The notes under the pieces: generated by a model
What the model saw: the letters and a program-made list of their open reading frames with translations, nothing else
What the model was told of the DNA's origin: nothing
Database searches by the model: none
Made by a program: the position numbers and the translations under genes
Part shown: positions 42,585 to 59,584 of the stretch, in pieces
How positions within the stretch are numbered: position 1 is the first letter of the stretch
Layout: every line of letters begins with the position of its first letter
From: Kondoa subrosea
Lineage: Eukaryota
Length of the DNA: 64,000 bases
Direction of reading: 5' to 3'
NCBI GenBank assembly: GCA_039545335.1
Contig: BCIN01000002.1
Span: 1,908,484 to 1,972,483 of the forward strand

Positions 42585-44464
42585 CTAGGATGGTACTGGG
42601 ACGCACCATATAATCCGGCTTCTCACATGCAGAGTACTCCGATATCAAATCTTGCACGACCTCCCTATTATGGTAACGTTGAGCGATTGATGCCCAAGGT
42701 CAGGAAATAAGAGAGACCTGGAATCATCAAATTCATCCAAGTTATTCTCAAACATGCTCTCCTTCTTGTATTGTTCCAAGAAAGCGTTCCTCTTTCTTAG
42801 GCGATCATACTGTTCTACAGCTCGTTTGAAAATCTATCTCCCAGCACATGAGCAATGAAATGAGATTTGACTTGGACATTCTGCTCACTGTACCAATAGC
42901 CGTATGGTTTGCCAACATCAAGCCAGAAACTCGATGCGAAGTTTGCATGTGCGGACTCCGTTTGGTCAAGGCTACTTGTATCGAAGCAGGACCCCAGGGA
43001 ATAAAATTAGCCAGCTGTCTCTCTCTTATCCTGAGCAAACTCTTGTGTACCTGTTGATAACCACAGGTCAAACTTTGTCTTCTGCAGCAGAGGGATAGGG
43101 AAAGATGTACATCACCAGGATCGACTTCTCCTTGAATGATGTTCATTATGGAAATATAACAGCTACTGTTCATCTTTGTGCTACCCGGAGCACCGACAGA
43201 TCCAATAGAGACCAGTCGATTTTTCGGTTGAAGTAATCTTCGCATGACATCCAGAACAGTTGTTTTCCGTATCGATTTAGCCTTACGAGCTAGATGTCAG
43301 TAAAGATTAATAAATGTAGACTGAGAAAGACTCACATTTTCTACAATATCGGAAGTGAAAGGTGTATAGGAAGTCATAAGGAAATGACATCGCGGTGTTG
43401 GAATCAAAGAGGCCAGTATGCTGACTAGATCGTTGTTCATGTAACCAGGATATCTAAGCGTTTGAGTTGAAGCAGCCATGACTGTTGCGACGAGTTGATT
43501 GGTTTGACTAAAAGTAGCATTTTGGATATGTAAGCGATCCGCTGCTATTCTTGCTAAAGCACTGTTATCCAGTACAACTACTGAATCGGCATGCTGAACC
43601 AAACGTTTGATAGCCAAAAGTGAATTGTAAGGTTGAACAACGACATCTCCTTCTGATGTGTTTGGAAAGACGGAATAGGTTTGAATAAGTTTCTTTGGGT
43701 AACGATCGTTGAGTCTTTCGAGTAAGTAGGAACCAAGACCTGATCCTGTTCCACCAGCTATCGAATGTAGCATCATGAATCCCTAATCATTCGTCAACCA
43801 TAATTCTCAGAATATTAACAGAGAGACATTTACTTCCAAGGAATCACTACCATCTGCTTCTCTATCAATGATTTCCAACAAGTCTTCGTAAAGTTTCTCT
43901 CCGTTTGAATAACCCATTGCCCAATTATTGCCCGCACCACCACCGTCTTTGGACATGTAAACGTTTTCAGGATTGAAGAGTCCACCATAAGGACCAGTAA
44001 GTATAGAATTGATTACTCTAGGTTCCAAATCAACGAGAATAGCTCTAGGGATATAATGCTAATTCAAATCATCAATTATGAATATCAATCTTAATCTGTG
44101 AACGAGGACAAAGATGACTTACCTCATCATCTGCTTGGTAAAAGAAACAATCTTTTCTGTCGCCTTGTTCAGCCATAGCGAAATCTTCCAAGACTCCATT
44201 TGGTGAAATGCCATGCTCTTGACAAAGTCTAGGCCAGAATTCGCTCCCAACTGTGATAGATATGGTCATGAGAAACTTCGAATGAAAGGCAAACGGAGAA
44301 CTGACTCATGTTGCCTGCTTGACCGCATTGTAGAGCTGCATTTCCTGTAATCAGCTAGCTGTTTCATTTGATCGTTTGTGACAGAACGCGTACTAATGAT
44401 TTCACCTGAAGTAGCATTGTATTAGATAAATCAACTCTGGTCAGTACGAGAGCCTACGAGGCAT
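42585..44464 (-). CDS. TUB4: Gamma-tubulin
   Basis: MP-R-EI start, [59 protein letters not shown]. Confidence 0.97.
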
Positions 44465-44769
44465 TCTGAATGTTCAGGCCTATTACTTGGTCGTGTTGAT
44501 TTTTCTGGTTCAAAGAGGTCGCACTGAAAACCGCGGAAGTCTTGTAGCAGGTGCAGGAATATCACTTCTAGGATATCGTTCGTCTAGGGGGTATACCAGA
44601 ATGAGGCTGCTCTGAATGACTGCTACTGCTCAAGCTTGCTTAAATGTTGATGTCAATTGCTTTTGGCTCTCTATGCATTGTGTTTCTGTATAGTTGCTCT
44701 GCTCAAAGCATGCAGCAAGTATGTGTCAATCCTACGGGCATTTCGCACACCGCGCAAGGAGTTTATGTC

Positions 44770-45319
44770 ATGCATGCATTCAATCATTGCTTTACTTGAT
44801 TCGCTACTTGAATTGGCCTTTCTCTGCTTCTGCATCTCGCTCTCCCGCTGTAAATTTACCGGATCAAACTTGTGCCTCCGCGGTACAGAGAAGAGACGAC
44901 GTACTCTGGTTCGCTACGCTAAATGAATCTCCCTTTTCGTTGACTCCATAACCTCCGCTGTCCGCAGCTGGTACATACCGTCATGGACTTCCGGTTTGTA
45001 GACTGCTTGCTGATTTTACTCACTATCAATTGACCCTTTTACATCTTCTACTCCAGAGCCATCTGTTTGTGTAGAACCTAGCGATTCTTGTAAAGGATCT
45101 TGAGAGGGAGGTTGTTGTTGCTGAGGTTGAGTGTAATCGTTGCCTTGTGCTAGAAGAGAAAGAGAGGGAGGGACTTCAGTATCATCGAGTGTTGGATCCC
45201 GCCCATATGTACATACTTTCATTGCCATCGTCGATCCTGTCCTGCAAGGTCATATCAGTGTTGCGTGAAGTGACTCCTATCTCTCACATACGCCTGATCC
45301 GTACTCGCCTGTTGACATG
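44770..45319 (-). CDS. Hypothetical small low-complexity protein; model uncertain
   Basis: 70-aa Q/P/D-rich minus-strand ORF flanked by plausible splice sites; no family recognised. Confidence 0.3.
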
Positions 45320-45464
45320 ACTGCTGGCAAACAACTTGCATCATTTATTCTTGACCTGGTACTTCCACGCCGCTATCCTGCTGTTGTCCTTCGACTGTCT
45401 CATCTCATCTGTTCTTTGCTGTACATTCCATTTATACACACTGCATTGCACAAGCACACGCGTC

Positions 45465-46822
45465 ATGCCCGCCTATTTAGATTTCAAGTTACTTTCGCTC
45501 GGCTGTCTAGTAGGACTCTTAGCAGTGACTTATCCACAAACATTATCAATCAATGGTCTGCGTTCCTTAATTTCTGGATCTGCTTCTTCAAGCTGGCATG
45601 CTTTCCAACGTTATCAACATCAAGAACCAATTGCTCCAAATTATGATCCTGCTAGTAAAGATTTCAACCCACCTGCAGAGTACCTTAAGGGGTTCGTCGC
45701 GCTCTTCATATTTGCATGTCGAAAGGATGAAGGGATTAATGCGAGGTTGAGGATAGTCCTGCGAAGAAAGTATCAGCTGCTACAAGTCCAATCAAGCACG
45801 ATGATTGTGAAGCTCCTGTCTTCTTCTTAGCATCTAGTCACTTCCTTTGCCCTCAGCTGTGGAATTGCGCTAACGTGTTGAAATAGGCGACGATCCATTC
45901 TCTAATCCATCAACTACTGTTCAACAGATGCTAGATGAGGTATTCAAACATGTAAGTCTACGTTGTGTCTTTCTAGATCGTTACTGATGAGGATGTAGTC
46001 AAAATCGAAAGCGTTGGTACTCATTACTGAGGGATCGAGTAATCCGCAATTGCGCTTAACAAGGTATGTTGGCCAGCCGGAAGTCATTGTTCAGCTCATC
46101 GAAGACGTTCAATAGTCCTTCGGGAAAGGTCGCTTCTCTTGTGGAAAGTCGAATGCAAGAAGCAGGTCTACCTCTTTCGATTTCGCATGGTTTGTTTTGC
46201 CCTTTCTCTTTCCCTTACAGTTCAGCTTAATTCACTCACAATTGTTAGACTGGCCTAATTATTCATTCGAGTCCTACAACTCGGCGCATGTCGCTTCGCT
46301 AGAACTACCGAATGTTGCGGGTTTGAAATCAGCCATCATCACTGGCAAATACCTCAGACAGTGTATATTTCCCTCTTTGAATAGTCACGTCCCAGTTCTG
46401 ATTTCTAAACACAGTGAGGAGAAGCGATAAAATAGCTTTTATAGTGCAATCCTCAAGCTTGAAATCTTCGAAGGTAAGTCTTTTGTTCACAGCGAGCGTG
46501 TGACATCAAGCTCACTCGTCGTGATGTAGGAATCAGCAGCACTTCTTGAACGAACTTTGACACATTATACGGGAGGTGATCGAGAAGAAGCACTTCGACC
46601 ATTAACCAGGAAATCAATGTTTCTTAAACCATCGGTAGGCCTTTGATTTCTTGCCGTTCCATTAGCAGTTCTAATGAATCTGGCACAGGGGTCTTCTCTG
46701 CTAGCTTTGGCGGCGAAATTGGCTGGAAGGGATGAAGCTCATTTGTTACAAGCTGGTTCGAATGATCATGTGAGCTACTGGAATCTGGGTGATCCCAGAG
46801 CTATGCTGATATATGGCTCGTG
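45465..46822 (+). CDS. Hypothetical protein with N-terminal hydrophobic segment; multi-exon
   Basis: MPAYLDFKLLSLGCLVGLLAV start and a consistent series of short GT-AG introns to a stop after MLIYGS; no family recognised. Confidence 0.45.
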
Positions 46823-47493
46823 ACAGGATGTGATATATCGATTTGGACATGCTGAACCTACAAGTGATCAGGAGTTGTAGCACCTTTGAAATCATGCCAG
46901 CTGGCCAAAAGTTTATACCTACCCTTGAATTCGAGAGTCTTCATACTGCCGAAAGTTATTAGAGCGATGTAGCGACTACGGAACAAGAACATCGGATTGA
47001 GTTGTTTCAATGAATCGACTTACTAAGCCACCCTTTAGTCAGCAGAGTCGACTAAGTATTGGATAAGGCAGAGCGGTAACTTTCTCCCAGACGGCCAGTA
47101 GCTATATCTTTTGGAGAGCCAGCAGCCACGCAAGCCGAGTGACACTAAGATCCCAGCTTTTCTCTGACCAACGACTTGGATCGTTTCCTTTTTCCAATTT
47201 TCTCGCTGTTGCCCTCCGCTATAGCAAAGAAGCTCAAGCTACTACATACAAGCGTGTGCAGGACAGTCAACACGTTAAAGCTGCCGCTAATTGGACAACA
47301 ATCGATTTCCACTGTAAAGCTTACCTAAGTTCTCTTTGCTTACATAGCAATTCCTCTGTTGCCCTATCCCTCATCAACCCTCCCCTTCACCCTCCATACG
47401 CTTCCCATTCTGTTGACTCCCGAGGGTTCACTGGGCCTGCTGGCGACTGCAGTTCTGTTCCACCCAACTTCGCAATCCCACAGCAGCGATAGC

Positions 47494-48447
47494 ATGGCGG
47501 CGCAAGATGGAGCCTATCTAAAGGACATTGAATTGCCTCCTAGTATTTCTACACCTCTCCCTTCTACTTCCACCAATATGAACAACAACAAAAGATCGGC
47601 AGCGGCAAGTTTGGCTGATTTATTACCTCCCGAAGATCATCAACTCCTTCTTCATCATTCACAAGCTTCTATAGATGGTCCTGTTGCAAGCCCACCAGCT
47701 AAAAGAACTAGAACTGCAAGAACCAAAGCTGCCAATAACCTTTCTGCGAACGTCTCACAAGCAGAAGATGATGCCTCACCACCTCCTCCTCCTGTTCAAA
47801 GTAACACTACTAAAGGAAAGAAAAGTCGAGCTGTTGATCCAAGTAAAAGAGCTGAACAAAATCGAGCTGCTCAAAAAGCTTTCAGAGAAAGAAAAGATAT
47901 AAAGATGAAGGAATTGGAAGAGAAGGTCGCTCATTTGGAAAAGTTGAACAATGAACAGAATGAGATTGATCGATTGAGATTATCTTTGTTGGAAAGGGAA
48001 AGAGTGTTGGCTGAGCAGGAAAAGAGTTCTGGTGGTTTGGCCAAACATCAGCAGGAAGGTTATGAGAGACGTATCAATGAGTTGGGCGAGGAAGTCAGAA
48101 GGTGAGTGCATTTACAAGTCGAAGATGGTTTGTGCTTAATACTAGACTAGGCTGCAACAAGTACAAGCGACGAATGCACCAGCAGAACTCAATACCGTTA
48201 TTCAAGATATGCAAAAGCAATTGGATAACAAGACTAGAGAGGTCCAAGGTCTCAACACTTTGCTGATTGAGGTGCGCTTTTGTCAAGCTGTCCGGCCTGT
48301 GCTGATGATTGAAACAGACTCGTCGCGCTTTGGCTGATAGAGAAGAGAGATTAGATGCTTTCCAGTATGTGTCTGATATGCTATGTTGTTTCGTGACTCA
48401 ACGTCTGCTTTAGCCGTAATGGTCCCATTCCTGGTATTGCCGAGTGA
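47494..48447 (+). CDS. bZIP transcription factor, YAP/PAP (fungal AP-1-like) subfamily
   Basis: Basic region KRAEQNRAAQKAFRERK followed by a leucine zipper and extended coiled coil. Confidence 0.85.
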
Positions 48448-48756
48448 GAGGGTGGTTGGGCATTAGAGAATAGACTTTGGCAGAGATTATCTCTTGGTTT
48501 CCGTTTCTGTACTAATGACATAGCATGCTCTGAGATGCACGATATAGTTTTCCTGAGCCGTTGCTCTCTTCTTCTTTCCTTCTTCCCTTCTCCTTGCCTT
48601 CCTTGCCTTGACCGGTTAGATCCGTAAATTCCGAGTCGAGTTCGAAGAAATCGCGAAAGACTGACTTCCCTCTAGCATCACCTTACTCTTCGTGAGTGCC
48701 CAGCACGCTTGCATACCGTCTGTTGTGCTCATCTACCGCCTCCTGTAACAGAAGAC

Positions 48757-50694
48757 ATGTCTCACAGAAGTGAGGGCTCTTCTTGCATTTCTTAATGATT
48801 TTCGCTGAACATGCCTACTTAGAATTCGAACACCCTAGGTATGTCAAGGGTCTCTTCAGGAGCAACATGATCGTTTGCTCATATCTGCCATAGACATGGT
48901 TCACTAGGTTTCTTGCCCAGGGTAAATTTTATCAAATGTGCATCAGCAAACGCCAACGGCTGACATCTGGGGGCATGATAGAAACGAGCAGCCCGCCAGA
49001 GAGGTCGTGTCAAGGCTTTCCCAAAGGATGATCCCAAGAAGCCTGTTCACCTTACCGCTTTCATGGCCTACAAGGCGTAAGTCCCAACAGGCAAGCCTCT
49101 GAATGCAACTCATCACTGTATTACAGTGGTATGACCCACATTGTTCGTGAATTGGACCGGTACGCATACATATTCCATTTTTATGTCGCGAATTTAGGCT
49201 GATGAAATTTTTATCGCAGACCTGCTTCAAGTATGTCTATTGCTATGAACTCTTGGGCCGCTCAGATTCTAAATTTGATGCCCTTGTAGAGATGCACAAG
49301 CGTGAAATTGTTGAAGCTGTTACTATTCTCGAAACTCCTCCTATGGTCATTTGCGGTGTTGTTGGATACGTCGAAACTCCTCGTGGTCTTCGATCTCTCA
49401 CCACTGTTTGGGCCGAGCACCTTTCAGACGAAGTTAAGCGTCGCTTCTACAAATCTTGGTATACCTCAAAGAAGAAGGCTTTCACCAAGTATGCCAAGAA
49501 GCACGCCGAATCGAATGGTCAGAATGTTGCAAGAGAACTTGAACGAATTCGCAAATACTGCACAGTCGTTCGTGTTCTTGCCCACACTCAAATTCGCAAG
49601 ACTGGCTTGAAGCAAAAGAAGGCTCATTTGATGGAAATCCAAGTCAATGGTGGATCCATTGCAGACAAGGTCGACTTCGCCAAGTCTCACTTTGAAAAGC
49701 CTGTCGAAGTGTCGAGCGTTTTCGAGCAAGATGAGAACATTGATGTGATTGGTGTTACCAAGGGTAAAGGTTTCGAGGGTGTTACCGCTCGTTGGGGAAC
49801 CAAGAAGCTGCCGCGAAAGACACACAAGGGTCTCCGAAAGGTCGCCTGTATCGGAGCATGGCATCCATCCAAGGTTAGTCTGATTTTTCTGCAATTTGCA
49901 ATTTTCGCTGATTATCTGTGTTTTAGGTCATGTGTACGTCTAATACAGTACAGTAACGTGCACGTACTGACCGGTCCTTCCCATTGCAGTCAGTGTGGCT
50001 AGAGCTGGTCAAAATGGTTATCATCACCGTACATCGGTCAATGTAAGCGCGCAAGAAGGGCGCGAGAGAAGAAAAACTGATCCTCTTCGCGCATTAGCAC
50101 AAGATCTACCGTCTGGGAGCTGCGGACGATGAAAAGTCTGCATCGACCGATTTCGATACCACAGAAAAGAAGATCACTCCGTAGGTTTATTTACGCTTCT
50201 TCCAACCCCTGTGCTCACAGATGATTTAGAATGGGTGGCTTCGTTCGCTACGGACAGGTCAAGAACGACTTTGTCATGATCAAGGGTTCATGTGAGTTTT
50301 TGTGTTTGCACAGTTTTAGTCCATTCTGAACTCTATGCAGGCCCGGGTGTTAAGAAGCGTGTCCTCACTCTAAGGAAATCTCTCCGAGTAGCATCTTCTC
50401 GCAAAGGTACGCTTTCTTATGCGCTCGATTCAATTTCGCTGATTCAGCTATCAATGTAGACCTAGAAAAGATTCAGTTGAAGTTCATCGATACCTCTTCC
50501 AAGTTTGGTCACGGTCGTAAGTCAAGATCCTCCTCAGTAGCATCTTGTTCGCTCATGTTTACGCTTCTTGACTGCCATAGGTTTCCAGACGAAGAGCGAG
50601 AAGAACTCGTATGTTTTTCCCCTATTCTTTTGGGTCATGGTCCTAATCTTTCCCTCATTGTAGCTTCTTGGGCCAGATGAAAATCAAGGCTTAA
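48757..50694 (+). CDS. RPL3: 60S ribosomal protein L3 (uL3), about 14 introns
   Basis: [61 protein letters not shown]. Confidence 0.98.
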
Positions 50695-50724
50695 GTTTGA
50701 AATTGCAAAAGTTTGAAATTGCAA
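50693..50724. repeat. Perfect 16-bp tandem duplication AAGTTTGAAATTGCAA x2 at the RPL3 stop
   Basis: Read directly from sequence. Confidence 0.8.
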
Positions 50725-51171
50725 AGGAAGGATGTAACGTCTCATCACGGAAGTTTGCAATTGAAGCATGCGTTGAGTTTCAATCGAGCAACTTCCGGTC
50801 AGTTTTTGTCTTGCAAGCGCTCTCCCTACCTTTGCGTCTATCTTTTCTATAGTTCTTTGTCTCTGTCCATAATTGCTCTCTGAATCTAAAATCAAAATGT
50901 CTTTTGATACATCATTAGAGGACTATTCATGATGCTCTACCTACATGCTCTGCAATTGTTCGCGCGCTCTCGCGAGATTGCGATTGCGTTGCAGTCTTCC
51001 CCTTCGAGCGAATGCTTAGGGCGATATCGCCGAGCGATTAGAAGTTGCGGGTCCAGCAGAGCTTGATCTGTTTGTTGCTCGATTGGGGTTGGGTTCGTTG
51101 GAAGTTGATGTTTGAAGAAATGTAGTGCAGGCAACGATTCTAGAAATACATATTACACGCTATATATTCAG

Positions 51172-55028
<3,857 letters not shown>

Positions 55029-55066
55029 TAATGAAAGTTTTGAAGTCGATTGTTGAAGTCAAAGAG

Positions 55067-55072
55067 ACGCGT
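55067..55072. promoter_or_regulatory. MCB element ACGCGT upstream of MCM4 (second copy at 55183-55188)
   Basis: AGACGCGTCT palindrome 39 bp 5' of the MCM4 ATG. Confidence 0.6.
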
Positions 55073-55190
55073 CTTTAATTTCATGCAAGTTTATCACGAA
55101 TTGCTAAATCCCTTCATGAATGCTCATCTAGCCTGCCGGACAAGTCATTGTAGTATATATAGACAGGTATAGAGCGTGCCCGACGCGTTT

Positions 55191-57513
55191 TCAATTCTCT
55201 TGCTTTTGGGATTTGCCTTCAACTGCTTCATGATTAGCGGTGATACAGACAACGACTAGCATGGGCTTACTCCTCTGCCGCTTAACGTCAATCTGGCGCG
55301 AGTCAGCTTTCCCCTTGTTGAAAGCGTCTCTGTCAAACTTGCGCGTGTCTTTCCTCTTCTTTGTTACCAATTTCACCTTCTTCTTCTTGAGAAACTCTTC
55401 TGCAATGCTCTCTGCGTTAGCTCGGAAGGTAATAAGCTGCTGAGTATTTGTCCAGACAGGTGCTTCGGGTTCTTCCTCCTCTTTCTTCACCTTTTCCTCC
55501 ATCACAGGAGGCTCTACCTTTGCTACGACAGGTGCAGGACTTTCCGTCTTCACATCAGATGCAGGGATTGGTCCGGGAGAAAGACGTTCTTCTTTGACTT
55601 TATCTTCAGCCTTCTTCATTTCCGCATCAAGATCCATTTCCGGTCCTTCAACATCCATGTCGAAGTCAGCCACATCATCTAACATCAATGATGATTACAT
55701 GAGAAGAAGAGTAAAGTAGAACAAATCGTACCATCATGATTTGCATCAGGTAAAGGACCAAAATCTTCGTCGTCACTTGATCCATGGTCGTCCGGTTTTG
55801 GACTAGCATGCTCTTCAGGTGGTTTGCGCGAAGTTTCTTCAGCCACAAGCTCCTCGGCTTCGTCCTCCACGACGACGCCTGTTAAAGGACCTTGCAATCG
55901 ATCGAGCTGGCGTTGCCTCTCTGCTTCTTCAGCCTTGATCCGTTCTTGCAGAAGTCTGCGTTCTTCTGCTTTAGCTGCTACTATTTCAGCCTGTCCAAAC
56001 CATTTCAGACGAGTACTCATGCTGTGATTATGGAAGTACTGACTTTCTGTTCAGCGATAGCCGTTGCATAGAGTCCGTCCGCAACGCCATCCTTGTATCT
56101 ATATGCGCCGATCAATACTCCAGTACAGCACAAATCATGTGAAGGCCTACGAATTACTGCCAACGGTGCCTTTGAACTCTTTTCCCTTCTTTGCCTCTAT
56201 CGCGGATGGCTAGAATAAGATCCCTGCCTTGTACGAAATCGCTCAGCCTCACCATTCCAGGTCAAAATCTGACTTAGCATGGAAACAAGATTAGCAAACC
56301 CACAGCTGCTTTAGATACACATACTTACTTGAAGCACATTTCGAAAGCGTAAGCTGCAGCAGTTGTGTTACCTGCAATACTAAGGCGGGTAGAATGATTA
56401 GAGTCTCGTTCGCCTATCCTGAGTGTTGACACCTACCCGTAAAAGTTGTAGCGCTGTTTCCTTCGAATCAGACGAGGGAAACTGAAGACAGATAGTAGCT
56501 CACGAGAATCTTTTCTCGCGGCGATGTTTCGGTGTAATGCTTGACGTCGAAAAACTGACACATAGCGGACCCCAAGCGACTCTGCCATAGAGTATTTGGA
56601 GCTGAGCTTAACAACAAATTATCAGCTTGCCGATCGCGACGGCAAATGCACTTACGATAGCTCTTCTTAGCTCCAACATCACGCCATTTGAGAGCACAAA
56701 TGCTCATTCCAGCCCTTCTAGACTGTGCTTCCTTCGTCTCATGCTCAATAACGCTGTAGCTAACTTCAGCAACAAATTCAGAGCAGAATTCTGTAATGAC
56801 TTACTCAGCTTCGGTAATATTGAGAGCTACCATTTGCCTTCGTGCCATTCTCATGGCAGCATTCGCTTCATTGGCACCAGTTCCTTCGTGCAAAGCTAAT
56901 TTGAGCGCTTTGCGGATTTTCTCGAGTGCATTCGCATCCAGCTCGTCCACTAGTATGCTGGAGTTCAAAGAGAGATCTATGATTTGATAACAGGTGAGAA
57001 GCTCACAATCCGCTTTGAGCTTTTCTTCAACAGGCACGGATTCAACTTGTGCGTACATTGTGCTCTTGTTCTTCGCTCCACTAGCTTTACGTGTAACAGC
57101 TGCTGGATCGCCGCCTTTACTTTTCCAGTACTTGTTGACGAGGGTTTTGACCTTGCTGCGGTCGATATTCAGCTCATGCAACTATAAGATGGTGAAGGTC
57201 ACGTACGGCATGTCACATTCTGCTTGCCAGGTATTGTCTTCGGCGCCATATCCCTCCCAAGAGACAAAGTATTCACGATTTCCGTACTATCTCGTAGTCA
57301 GACCAACGCGCTTCCACTTGTGTTGAAAGAAAGCAGAAAGAAAGCAGGGAGAAGGCTAAAGACGAGCGAGAATAGGGATTGGGCGAAAGAAAGGTGTATA
57401 CGTACTTTGTCTTCTCGATGGTCCAGCACTGCTTCGATGATGAAGAGTTCTCCTACAGACTCGCTGTCGCTCTCGCTTTCTGTTGCTTCACTGTCGGTCC
57501 TGTATCTGGCCAT
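55191..57513 (-). CDS. Chromodomain + DUF2786-type domain protein
   Basis: FIIEAVLDHR...EYFVSWEGYGAEDNTW chromodomain, LEKIRKALKLALHEGTGANEANAAMRMARRQM DUF2786-like hairpin, FFDVKHY, FYG, AAAYAFEM, YKDGVADGL, C-terminal AFNKGKADSRQIDV. Confidence 0.7.
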
Positions 57514-57714
57514 TATACCAAGCTATAGCAGATGAATCTTTGGGAGCTTGAAGTCACGCGTCTGGGAAAGCTGGTTGTCTATCTCTGACACACGGCTACA
57601 TTAAAAGGCAGCTTGCTGGTCCGCAGAGAACATTAATTGGACTGGATTGGCCGCTTTGAAGTAAGCTTCATCTTGATCTCAAACAATCAAGTACTTTAGT
57701 AAACCAGAAAACAG

Positions 57715-59426
<1,712 letters not shown>

Positions 59427-59584
59427 CGGAAAGTGACAGAAAATGTACTATAGACACTACTACGGCTAAGCTTGCTCGCCAGTGACTTTCAGCGCTGTCC
59501 TGACAGATCATGAAAATTGCCTTTACAATCTTTTGACCTTGACTACCAATTTGCGTTGCATTCACTGCTTGCGGACCTTGCACA

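Noticed and set aside
57180..57513. Chromodomain as a relic of a chromoviral Ty3/Gypsy integrase
   Set aside because: It is N-terminal and intron-containing, with no integrase, RT or LTR nearby.
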